DNA from: Anaerolineales bacterium
Lineage (GTDB): Bacteria > Chloroflexota > Anaerolineae > Anaerolineales > JABWBV01
Length of the DNA: 58,700 nt
Direction of reading: 5' to 3'
Assembly (NCBI GenBank): GCA_035512695.1
Contig: DATKDL010000011.1
Span: forward strand, 1-58,700
Shown: positions 9,914 to 17,920 of the stretch, one piece after another
How the letters are laid out: every line of letters starts with the position of its first letter
Position numbering within the stretch: position 1 is the first letter of the stretch
Made by a program: the position numbers and the translations under genes
The notes under the pieces: generated by a model
Told to the model about the DNA's origin: nothing
Seen by the model: only the letters and a program-made list of their open reading frames with translations
Database searches by the model: none

Positions 9914-10488
9914 CAACGATCGGCAACGTCCAACCCAAAACCTCCTTGCTATCAAACTGGCTGCAGCTGGTAGCCCGGTTGAACGGGTCGCTCCACGAAA
10001 AGGCGTTGTGGGTGTACGTGTTTATTGTGGTCGCGCATTGGATGGAGCATCTCATCCAGGCCTACCAGATTTTCGTGTCCGGTTGGGCGAGGTCGGAGGC
10101 CAGGGGGATGTTGGGGTTATGGATGCCGGGCCTGGTCTCATCGGAGATCCTGCATTTCGCCTATGCCGTGTTCGTGATCGGTGGGCTGATCCTGCTTCGG
10201 CCGGGGATGCGCGGCCTGGCACGGTTCTGGTGGGACGCCGCGCTGATCTTTCAGGCCTGGCACCTGGTCGAGCACAGCCTGCTGCAGTGGCAGGTGATGG
10301 TCAATGACTTCTTTTTCGGGGCGAGCATTCCGCTTTCACTGCTGCAGGTCTGGGTCCCGCGGGTCGAACTGCACCTGTTCTACAACGTGGTCGTGACGGT
10401 GCCGACGCTGATCGGGCTGTATTTCCACCGCTACCCGCCCCGGCGGGAGCGGGGGATCAAGACGGACTGCAGCTGCTCTCAGGAATGA
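9910..10488 (+). CDS. 4-TM membrane protein with duplicated HxxEH...ExLH motifs
   Basis: ATGA overlap with upstream gene; HWMEH...SEILH and HLVEH...VELH. Confidence 0.8.
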   Translation: MTTIGNVQPKTSLLSNWLQLVARLNGSLHEKALWVYVFIVVAHWMEHLIQAYQIFVSGWARSEARGMLGLWMPGLVSSEILHFAYAVFVIGGLILLRPGMRGLARFWWDAALIFQAWHLVEHSLLQWQVMVNDFFFGASIPLSLLQVWVPRVELHLFYNVVVTVPTLIGLYFHRYPPRRERGIKTDCSCSQE

Positions 10489-10506
10489 GTCTTTGAAAAT
10501 TAGAAA

Positions 10507-11211
10507 TCAGCCCAACCGGTCCAGCCGGTTGTCCAGCTCGCCGCGGTCGATCCGCAACCCGATTTTTTGAGCCCACCAATCCGTCAGCACCAGGGTCCAT
10601 ATCCAGATGACTTCAATCCCCTGTGCGACGATGAACGGCTGCGGAAACAGGACCGATTCGAGCCAGACCAGCCCGATCCCGATCAGCGGGAGCGGCCAGG
10701 TCGATCGCAGCAGGATGAACAGTGCAAACACGAGCCCGACCGTATTGGCCGCCACCGTTCCCGGGGCGGTCAGCGGAAGCTGCGGGACGTAATACAGCAG
10801 GCCGCCGGACTGCACGGGCGAGAGCCCGTCCAGCGTGAGCGCCGTCGCGCTGTGCCAGACCTGGAGCCCAAAAATCAGCCACGCCAGCCCCCACACGACC
10901 GCCGACACCGTCTTCGTCCTCGCGCCGCGGACCTTTAGCCGGCCCGTGAACTCGACGTAGGTGACGATCAGAAGCGGCGGAACCATTGCGCCCAGCCAGA
11001 GCCGGCCCAGGTTGAGCCCGGCCAGCAGTTCGCCCTCACCCAGCAGGCTCCCGGCCGCGATCACGACCCGGTCGATCAACAGCGCCCCGACCGCCGTGAA
11101 AAGGATCGTCGTCCCGTTGAACTGAGGCATCCCCTCCCGCATCACCTGCCTGATCCGCTCAAACGCCGCCAGCAGCGCCGCGATATACCCGATGTTCAGT
11201 ATCAATTCCAT
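10507..11211 (-). CDS. Hypothetical multi-pass membrane protein
   Basis: 234-aa ORF with about 7 hydrophobic segments; no recognisable motif. Confidence 0.7.
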   Translation of the reverse strand: MELILNIGYIAALLAAFERIRQVMREGMPQFNGTTILFTAVGALLIDRVVIAAGSLLGEGELLAGLNLGRLWLGAMVPPLLIVTYVEFTGRLKVRGARTKTVSAVVWGLAWLIFGLQVWHSATALTLDGLSPVQSGGLLYYVPQLPLTAPGTVAANTVGLVFALFILLRSTWPLPLIGIGLVWLESVLFPQPFIVAQGIEVIWIWTLVLTDWWAQKIGLRIDRGELDNRLDRLG

Positions 11212-11253
11212 ACTGCGGAATCATTCGCGGGAACAAGGGATTTGTCAAGGGAA

Positions 11254-11431
11254 GGACCTGGTACCAAGGACCAGGTACCAGGCACCAGGCACCAGGTCTT
11301 AATAATTGGCAATTGACGGATACGCAACGTATCGATTAGCATTTTTGGCACCTTGCACCTTGCACCTTGCACCTTGCACCTTGCACCTTGCACCTTGCAC
11401 CTTGCACCTTGATTTTTGATCTTCGATTTAT
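11254..11431. repeat. Heptamer tandem repeat arrays: (accaggc)-like x5 and (gcacctt) x9
   Basis: Nine exact copies of gcacctt at 11348-11410 followed by degenerate gattttt/gatcttc units. Confidence 0.95.
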
Positions 11432-11447
11432 TCACCCAAGGAGCCCC

Positions 11448-11954
11448 ATGACCAAAAAAGCCCTCCGTTCCGAACGCGCCCAGAAGCGCCGGCAGCGCCG
11501 GCAGATGCAGCAGTATGCGATCGGCGCTATCGTCCTGGTAATCGTGGCCCTGCTGGCCATCAACCTGCTCCCGGAGCGGGTCGACCGCGATCCGCTGGCC
11601 GAATCGGACGCCGAGACCATCACGACCGCTTCGGGTCTGCAATACCAGGACGACGTGGTCGGGACCGGCGCCGAAGCTTTCCCGGGCAGCACGGTCACCG
11701 TCCACTACACCGGTTGGCTCACGGATGGGACCAAGTTCGATTCCTCGATCGATCGTGGTGCACCGTTCGATTTCGTTCTGGGAGTCGGGGGCGTGATCCA
11801 GGGCTGGGAAGAGGGGGTGGCAGGGATGAAGGTCGGCGGGGTGCGGATCCTGACGATCCCCCCGGAGCTCGGCTATGGGGCCGGCGGGAGCCCACCTGTT
11901 ATTCCCCCCGATGCCACCCTCATCTTCCGAGTAGAGCTTTTGGGTGTCGAGTGA
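11448..11954 (+). CDS. FKBP-type peptidyl-prolyl cis-trans isomerase with N-terminal membrane anchor
   Basis: [64 protein letters not shown]. Confidence 0.95.
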   Translation: MTKKALRSERAQKRRQRRQMQQYAIGAIVLVIVALLAINLLPERVDRDPLAESDAETITTASGLQYQDDVVGTGAEAFPGSTVTVHYTGWLTDGTKFDSSIDRGAPFDFVLGVGGVIQGWEEGVAGMKVGGVRILTIPPELGYGAGGSPPVIPPDATLIFRVELLGVE

Positions 11955-11957
11955 GTG

Positions 11958-12008
11958 AAAACGGATGACCGGCTGCGGGGCTGTGTCCCGCAGCCGGTCA
12001 TCCGTTTT
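11958..12008. terminator. Bidirectional terminator-like palindrome (22-bp arms)
   Basis: aaaacggatgaccggctgcggg / cccgcagccggtcatccgtttt between convergent genes. Confidence 0.8.
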
Positions 12009-15000
12009 TACAATTTCGGGAACCGCGCAACCACTTTGGCCGGCGTCGGCACCGGGACGCGGTCGCCGAAGCGCAGGTCCGCGGGGGCCTTGCCGCTTGT
12101 TTTCGATGCACCCTGGTAGACGTAGAGCGGTGCCCCGATCTCCGTGTACTTCATCTCCAGAAAGGCCTGTCCGGTCAGGAAACCCCTGGCGTCCACCGCA
12201 CAGCTGGTGACCACGCCGATCGTCCGGCCGCGGCGGTCGAGCACGGGATCACCGGTGTGGGCCATGCGCACGTTCTGTTCTTCGAAGGTGAACCGGACCA
12301 GCTCGCCGGCGCGCTTCAATTCGCGCTTTATAAAGGCCGCCCGGCCGATAAACCAGGGTTTGTAGGTTTTGACATAGCTTCCGAACCCGGCTTCTCCGAC
12401 GCCCAGTTTCAATTCACCGCCCATTTCGTGCCCGTAGAGCGGCAGCCCGGCCTCGGTCCGCAGCGAATCGCGGGCGCCGAGCCCGCACGGCAGCAGCCCC
12501 AGGTCCTCACCGGCATCCAGGAGCGCCGTCCAAAGATCGACCAGCCGGTCCGGGTGGACGAAAAGCTCGAACCCGATCCGCTCGCCGGTGTAGCCGGTCC
12601 GTGAGACGACCAGGTCGATGCCGCCCAGTTCAGCCTCGGTCAGCTCGGTGCGGGCCAGGTTTTCGATCCGCCGCCGGACGACCGGATCTTCCGTCAGCCG
12701 GAGCAGGATCCGGAGGGATTTCGGGCCTTGCAGGGCCAGGTCGACCACCCGGTCCTCCCCTTCGCTCTCCTGACGCAGGTTCCTTAACACGGCGTCGCGG
12801 CCGTAAGCATGGGCCCACGGCCGGTCCTCATCGATCCGGACAACGCCGTTTTTGACCGCGTTCAGCCACGCCCAATCTTTTTCATCGTTCGAAGCATTGA
12901 CGACGACGAGGTATTTTTCAGGGGCGCGGCGGTAAACCAGCAGATCATCGATAACATTGGCGTTCGGGTCGAGGAAGTGGGTATAGCAGGATTGCCCGAC
13001 GGTGAGCGCGCTGATATCGTTCCCGCAGACGCTGTCCAGGAAAGCGCAGGCGCCGGGTCCTTCCGCCTGGTATACGCCCATGTGCGCCACATCGAACAGA
13101 CCGGCTGCCGTGCGGACGGCGGCATGCTCCTCTTTGACGGATGTGTACCAGACGGGCATATCCCAGCCGCCGAACGGCACCATCCGGGCGCCCAACCGGA
13201 GATGCTCGGCATGCAGCGGCGTTTCGCGCAGAGGGGCATCCGGTCTGTCCGCCGGGGGTTGGAAAGCCGGCAGCGGGCCGTTGGGGTGCGAACCTTCTCC
13301 CTCGATCCCGACGAAATAGGGCTTGGTCGCGGAAACCCCGGTCCCGCGTTCCGTGGGATTGGGGACCAGGGCGCTGTCCCCGAGGCCGTGGCCGGCGGCG
13401 CGGACGGAGACCGGACCGGGGATCTTGCGCACCAGGTCCGGATCGAAGCGGATAAAGCCGTCGGAGAGATCGCGCAGCCAGGTTCCGGTTGCGCCGGCCT
13501 CTTTGCCGGGGACTCGCAGCAGGTAGCTCCCGTTTTCGGACAGTGCGAGAACGCCTTTGATCGATCGCTCTCCAGCGTTCAGCGTCGTGTGCTGGGCGCT
13601 CCTGGATTGGAGCGAATCGACATCGCTGGTGAAGACGAAGTTGGCGAATTCGCGGCGCTTTTCGCCGTCGATCTCGAAAATGACCCAGTCCATCACGTCG
13701 ACGGCCGTCCGCTCGCGATGCGGAAAGTGCGGGGCGGCGTGGTCGCCGGGCACGAAATCGATCCCGGCGCTCTCGGCCAAAACCCGGACGCGGCTGCGCA
13801 CGTCCTGCAGGACGTCCGCGGCGACCTTGGCCCGGCTGCCGCGCCGCCGCGCCGCCGGGTCGACATACGGGGTGCAGGCCATCAGGAGGTCGGCGATGCA
13901 GTCCGCCAGGCGGACGCATTCGGCCTCTTTGAAGCCGCGCTGCGTGATCCAGGGCGTGCCCATCCGGATCCCGGAAGGGTTCAGGGCGGACCTGTCGCCG
14001 GGGATCGTATTTCGGTTGACGACGATCCCGGCCAGGTCCAGGATCCGGGCGGCCATATCGCCGGAGAGCGCCGTTCCGTCCGGTCCGGTGACGGATCCGG
14101 CGTCGAGGTTCATCAGGTGGGTGTTTGTGCCGCCGAAGGGGATCTTGAACCCACGCTCGGCAAGGCGATCGGCAAAGGCAGCGCAATTATCGACGATCTG
14201 CTGCTGGAGGGCTGTGAACTGCTCGGTCCCGGCCAGCTTCATCGCCAGGGCCAGCGCGGAGAAGACGTTGACGTGCGGGCCGCCCTGCTCGCCGGGGAAT
14301 ACGGCCCGGTCGAGCTTGCGGGCCAGGGCGCTTTTGTGCGTGATGATCAGCGCCCCGCGCGGGCCGCACAGCGTTTTGTGGGTCGTCGTCGTTACGACGT
14401 CGGCGATCCCGACCGGGGACGGGTAGACCCCACCGGCGATCAGCCCGGCCACGTGGGCGACATCGGCCAGGAGGTAGGCCCCGACCTCGTCGGCGATCGA
14501 ACGGTACGCATCCCAATCCGCCTGCCAGGGATAGGACGAATAACCGCCGATGATCATCTTCGGCTTGTGCTGGCGCGCCAGGGCCCGCATCTGCTCGTAG
14601 TCAAGTTTCTCGGTTTCCGGGTCGATGGTGTAGGAAACGATGTTGTAGTATTTCCCCGAGCGGTTGACCGGTGAGCCGTGCGAGAGGTGGCCGCCGTAGA
14701 TCAGGTCCATCCCCATGACGGTGTCGCCGGGTTCGATCAGGGCGTGGTAGACGGCGTTGTTGGCCGGCCCGCCGGAAAGGGCCTGGACATTGACAAACAG
14801 GTCATCGGCCGTCAGGCCGTTGGCGGCGAACAATTCGGCTGCCCGCCGCCGGGCGAGTGATTCGACGATATCGGCGTACTCGACGCCCTTGTAATAGCGC
14901 GGATCCGAGAGACGCCGGTACTCGCCCAGCCGGGCGTCGTAGTCCAGCAGTTCCTCTTCCGTGAGCAGGCGCCATTCCTCCGGCGGGTAGCCTTCCGCAT

Positions 15001-15169
15001 AGATATTCTGGAAGGCCGTTTCCAGGGCGGCGCGCACCGCGAGCGGCGCTGTGCTTTCGCTCGGGATCAGGATCAGGCGGCGAAACTGCCGTTCTGCTTC
15101 GAACTGGTTGAGGTCGTGGAGGTCGGGGTCGAGGGCGGAAATTGAGCCCCTGAAGAGGAAGTCGTTCAT
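12008..15169 (-). CDS. glyA-gcvT: Serine hydroxymethyltransferase fused to glycine cleavage T-protein (GlyA-GcvT fusion)
   Basis: N-terminal LIPSE, YAEGYP, GGHLSHG, TTTHKTLCGPRG, VFPGEQGGP; C-terminal TPLH..H..LGARMVPFGGWDMPVWY, GLFDVAHMG, SRTGYTGE, GLGARDSLRTEAGLPLYG. Confidence 0.93.
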   Translation of the reverse strand: MNDFLFRGSISALDPDLHDLNQFEAERQFRRLILIPSESTAPLAVRAALETAFQNIYAEGYPPEEWRLLTEEELLDYDARLGEYRRLSDPRYYKGVEYADIVESLARRRAAELFAANGLTADDLFVNVQALSGGPANNAVYHALIEPGDTVMGMDLIYGGHLSHGSPVNRSGKYYNIVSYTIDPETEKLDYEQMRALARQHKPKMIIGGYSSYPWQADWDAYRSIADEVGAYLLADVAHVAGLIAGGVYPSPVGIADVVTTTTHKTLCGPRGALIITHKSALARKLDRAVFPGEQGGPHVNVFSALALAMKLAGTEQFTALQQQIVDNCAAFADRLAERGFKIPFGGTNTHLMNLDAGSVTGPDGTALSGDMAARILDLAGIVVNRNTIPGDRSALNPSGIRMGTPWITQRGFKEAECVRLADCIADLLMACTPYVDPAARRRGSRAKVAADVLQDVRSRVRVLAESAGIDFVPGDHAAPHFPHRERTAVDVMDWVIFEIDGEKRREFANFVFTSDVDSLQSRSAQHTTLNAGERSIKGVLALSENGSYLLRVPGKEAGATGTWLRDLSDGFIRFDPDLVRKIPGPVSVRAAGHGLGDSALVPNPTERGTGVSATKPYFVGIEGEGSHPNGPLPAFQPPADRPDAPLRETPLHAEHLRLGARMVPFGGWDMPVWYTSVKEEHAAVRTAAGLFDVAHMGVYQAEGPGACAFLDSVCGNDISALTVGQSCYTHFLDPNANVIDDLLVYRRAPEKYLVVVNASNDEKDWAWLNAVKNGVVRIDEDRPWAHAYGRDAVLRNLRQESEGEDRVVDLALQGPKSLRILLRLTEDPVVRRRIENLARTELTEAELGGIDLVVSRTGYTGERIGFELFVHPDRLVDLWTALLDAGEDLGLLPCGLGARDSLRTEAGLPLYGHEMGGELKLGVGEAGFGSYVKTYKPWFIGRAAFIKRELKRAGELVRFTFEEQNVRMAHTGDPVLDRRGRTIGVVTSCAVDARGFLTGQAFLEMKYTEIGAPLYVYQGASKTSGKAPADLRFGDRVPVPTPAKVVARFPKL

Positions 15170-15191
15170 AGATGCATTGTAGTATAGAGAT

Positions 15192-15246
15192 TGTAAAAAT
15201 TGAATGGCGGCTGTGGCTTTACCGCAGCCGCCATTCAATTTTTACA
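15192..15246. terminator. Long palindrome (22-bp arms) overlapping the stop codon of the upstream lipoprotein gene
   Basis: tgtaaaaattgaatggcggctg / cagccgccattcaatttttaca. Confidence 0.8.
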
Positions 15247-15813
15247 GATGAGTGGAATGAGCTGCGCGTCCAGCGTTTCCGCGTATGTCCGCAGGTCGAC
15301 CGGGGCGGTGTTGACCAGCTTGATGTGGACCAGGGCCGTGCAGCGGATGAATGCCATATCGCTGTGGTTCACGGCGGCCAGTTCGCCGACGCCGGTCACT
15401 TCTTTCGGGGTGGGGATCAGGTCCAGCAGCAGCGGCCAGGCAGCGTCGAAGTCTTCCGGGCGGAGATAGAAGAAAATCGAGACGCGCCCGGCGAACTCCG
15501 CTCCGGCTGCGTAAACCGCCGAGATGAAATCGTTTGGCTCCGGCAGCGCAGCGAAGGAGGGATGCCGGACGGCGGTCAATTCGACCGATGTTGCCTGCGA
15601 CGGATGAAGCCGCCGATCGTTGAAGACCGGCTCCAGGTCCGGCGCGTGGAAGGTGGTTGCGGTTGGAGTCGGCGAGGCGGTTGGAAGGGCTGGCGGATCC
15701 GGCGCGCGGCAGGCGGAGAGCGCGGCCGCCAGGCAAAGGACCGCCGACCACGCGGCCCACAGGCGCTTCGTATCAGAAACCCGTCTGGTCTTCTCGAAAG
15801 AATTCCAGGTCAT
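15235..15813 (-). CDS. Hypothetical lipoprotein
   Basis: Lipobox-like LSAC followed by Pro/Thr linker; true start uncertain. Confidence 0.65.
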   Translation of the reverse strand: MTWNSFEKTRRVSDTKRLWAAWSAVLCLAAALSACRAPDPPALPTASPTPTATTFHAPDLEPVFNDRRLHPSQATSVELTAVRHPSFAALPEPNDFISAVYAAGAEFAGRVSIFFYLRPEDFDAAWPLLLDLIPTPKEVTGVGELAAVNHSDMAFIRCTALVHIKLVNTAPVDLRTYAETLDAQLIPLICKN

Positions 15814-16609
15814 TATCGATCAGCTCCCGGATGAGGATGTTGTCGATCACGATCTCGGTGACGCCCGGACCGTCGTTCAGGACAAAAAAACCGAACGAGC
15901 CGTAGTCGTTGGCCGTATCCGTGACTGCGGCCAGGAGGAACCCGTCGATCAGGATCGCCATCCTCTCCTGCGCGGCGACGACCGACAGGCGGAGCGTTTC
16001 GCCGGACGTGACGATGTCCGGCAGCTGGAGCCAGCAACCGGCCAGGATCCGGAACGCTTCGGCCCTGAAATCCGCGTGATCCCAGCAAAATTCCGCCGAT
16101 CCGGTGAAATAGATATTGTAAGACGTACCGACATAGGAGCGGAAAGCAAATCCGACCAGTGATTGCGGTCCGGCTTCGGCGAAGGCAAGATCGAAGCTCA
16201 TCACGAAATCGTCGTAGCCGCCCCTGCAGGGCAGGTTGATCGCCGTGTCGCCGTCCACGCGGACGCGGTATGCGCCGTCCCGGATGGCAAGCTCGATCCC
16301 GGGTTCGAGGCTGTGGAGTTTGAAACAGGTCAGATCGTCGTCGAAGGTTTCGCGGAAAAGGATCTTCGGCTCCGGCGTTTCGGTTGCGACCGGGCCGGTT
16401 GGGGTGGGCGGCCCGGCGGTCTCGCTGGGGAACACGGTCGGGGTCGGACCGGTCGTCGTTTCCAAAGCGGCCGCGGTGGCGGCCGGCATAGGAGTGCCCG
16501 GCCCGGCCTGCCGGCAAGCGAGGATGATGAGCAGACCTGCGGTGAAAACGATGATGTGCCGGAAGCAAGCCGCGCTGCGCCGCCCTCCGCTGGATGGGGT
16601 TGGATGCAT
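15773..16609 (-). CDS. Lipoprotein with Pro/Thr linker and probable beta-sandwich (lectin-like/DUF1080-like) domain
   Basis: ILAC lipobox, PTPT linker, LFRETFDDD...GSFGFFV...IVIDNILI. Confidence 0.7.
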   Translation of the reverse strand: MHPTPSSGGRRSAACFRHIIVFTAGLLIILACRQAGPGTPMPAATAAALETTTGPTPTVFPSETAGPPTPTGPVATETPEPKILFRETFDDDLTCFKLHSLEPGIELAIRDGAYRVRVDGDTAINLPCRGGYDDFVMSFDLAFAEAGPQSLVGFAFRSYVGTSYNIYFTGSAEFCWDHADFRAEAFRILAGCWLQLPDIVTSGETLRLSVVAAQERMAILIDGFLLAAVTDTANDYGSFGFFVLNDGPGVTEIVIDNILIRELIDNDLEFFREDQTGF

Positions 16610-16694
16610 CGTTCCCTATTGTAAAGGCTGTCCGGCGGTTCGCCGGTCGAGGTCAGCTCGGTTTTGACCTACACTCTATCAGGGGCGGAAGCCG

Positions 16695-16952
16695 TCAATG
16701 TCCCTCTAGCCCCGCATTTCGCGCCTTGATGATCGCCTGGGCGCGGCCGTTGACTCCCAGCTTGCCAATGATCGTCGAGACCTGGTTGCGGATCGTTTTG
16801 GGGCTGAGTACCAGCCGTTCGGCGATGGCGCTGTTGGTCAGGCCGGCGGCAACCAGGGCCAGAATCTCTCGTTCGCGCGGCGTCAGCTCGGGGAATGGCT
16901 CGGCCTTATCGCTGCGCCCACTTTTGTTCCTGATTTGGGCGTCGATTCGATC
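16695..16952 (-). pseudogene. Orphan LuxR-type HTH remnant (C-terminal part of a NarL-type regulator)
   Basis: Manual translation EPFPELTPREREILALVAAGLTNSAIAERLVLSPKTIRNQVSTIIGKLGVNGRAQAIIKARNAGLEGH*; in-frame TAG at 16953-16955 and no ATG/GTG/TTG before the domain. Confidence 0.8.
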
Positions 16953-17043
16953 CTAACACGGCCGTTTCCATTTCTCCGACAAGCTGCTGGAATTTTGCAA
17001 ACAATTCGTTTACACTTCCTTTTAGTGCGACGAGAGGAATAGA

Positions 17044-17724
17044 ATGACCACTAACCCCACAAAGCAGGATATTCGCGTTCGTGCGGCTGTCTACGACTCG
17101 GCGATTTCGACAGGCCTGCCGCCGAAAGTCAAACATCTTGCCGGCGTCCTCTCGCTCGATGAGGCCAGCGTGCGTGCGTCGTTCGAACGCCTCGCGGCCG
17201 CCCGCGTCCTGGTCCTTCAAAAGGACAGCCGCGAAGTCCTCATGGCCAACCCCTTCTCGGCTGTTCCGACGTCGTTCGCCGTGATCCTCGACGGGATGCT
17301 CTGTTATGGCAACTGCATTTGGGATGCGCTTGGGATTCCGGCCATGCTCGGTCGCGATGCCCTGATCCGCTCGTCCTGCGCCTGCTGCGGGGATGCCATG
17401 GAGCTCTCCGTTTCGGCGGGCTCGCTCGAACCGGTCGACGCCACCATCCATTTTGCCGTTCCGGTTCGCCGTTGGTGGCAGGACATCGTCTATACCTGAA
17501 AGACCATGCTTCTCTTCCGGTCGGAAGAGCACGTGGACCGCTGGTGCTCCGCATGGAATCTTCTGCGAGGAGGGGTCATGACACCTGAGACCACCTGGCA
17601 GCTGGCGCATGCATGGTATTCGGCGGATCGTCGTGAGCCTGGGTGGCGCCGCCGCACGGTCGACGAAACGGAAGCGCTCTTTGTATCACTTGGACTGACA
17701 GGCGAGTTCTGGAGCCTGCGGTGA
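17044..17724 (+). CDS. MerB-like organomercurial lyase family protein, probable selenoprotein (UGA at 17497-17499 read as Sec)
   Basis: N-terminal wHTH-like region, MANPFSAVPT, NCIWDAL (MerB C-x-x-D), SSCACCG; frame continues through TGA into KTMLLFRSEEHVDRWC...EFWSLR*. Confidence 0.82.
17500..17536 (+). promoter_or_regulatory. Candidate bacterial SECIS element
   Basis: Stem ctcttcc/ggaagag closing a GGUC loop 19 nt after UGA, extendable by tgc/gca and cca/tgg. Confidence 0.72.
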
Positions 17725-17745
17725 CGCTCAGTGGGGCAGCTAAGG

Positions 17746-17819
17746 TGGGCGGGAAGGGACTCGAACCCTTGACTTCTTCGGTGTAAGCGAAGCGCTCTAA
17801 CCAACTGAGCTACCCGCCC
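17746..17819 (-). tRNA. tRNA-Val(TAC), CCA not fully encoded
   Basis: GGGCGGG-TAGCTCAGTTGGTTAGAGC-CTTCG ct TAC ac CGAAG-GGTTCGAGTCC-CCCGCCC A. Confidence 0.96.
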
Positions 17820-17869
17820 GGGCGTTCTCAATTCTACACTCGTTTTCTCTCCAGGAGTTGCGCGGTTCG

Positions 17870-17916
17870 GCGAAATTGAAGGTGCGCCAGCGAAGCTGGC
17901 GCACCTTCAATTTCGC
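17870..17916. terminator. Perfect palindrome, 22-bp arms with GAA loop
   Basis: gcgaaattgaaggtgcgccagc gaa gctggcgcaccttcaatttcgc. Confidence 0.8.
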
Positions 17917-17920
17917 TAAC

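Noticed and set aside
11348..11410. Repeat arrays as possible CRISPR, or as coding sequence (MHLAPCTL..., ARCKVQG...)
   Set aside because: Contiguous 7-mers with no spacers and no cas genes; the peptides are translations of the repeat. The FKBP gene starts at 11448 after an AGGAG RBS.
12809..14674. Long alternative-frame ORFs (also 4169-5305, 27838-29580, 43925-45421, 57532-58605)
   Set aside because: They overlap well-supported genes on the opposite strand; expected in GC-rich DNA and carry no motifs.
15170..15240. Glycine or ZTP riboswitch upstream of glyA-gcvT
   Set aside because: Only a -10 box 6 nt before the ATG and a palindrome; no room for an aptamer.
16930..16960. Possible att-site copy of the tRNA-Val 3' end (tgggcg...ttcgatcc)
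   Set aside because: Similarity is too short and gapped to support.
17506..17724. Independent 72-aa ORF MLLFRSEEH...
   Set aside because: No RBS, in frame with the upstream ORF and preceded by UGA plus a SECIS-like hairpin; better read as the C-terminus of one protein, although a nonsense pseudogene is not excluded.
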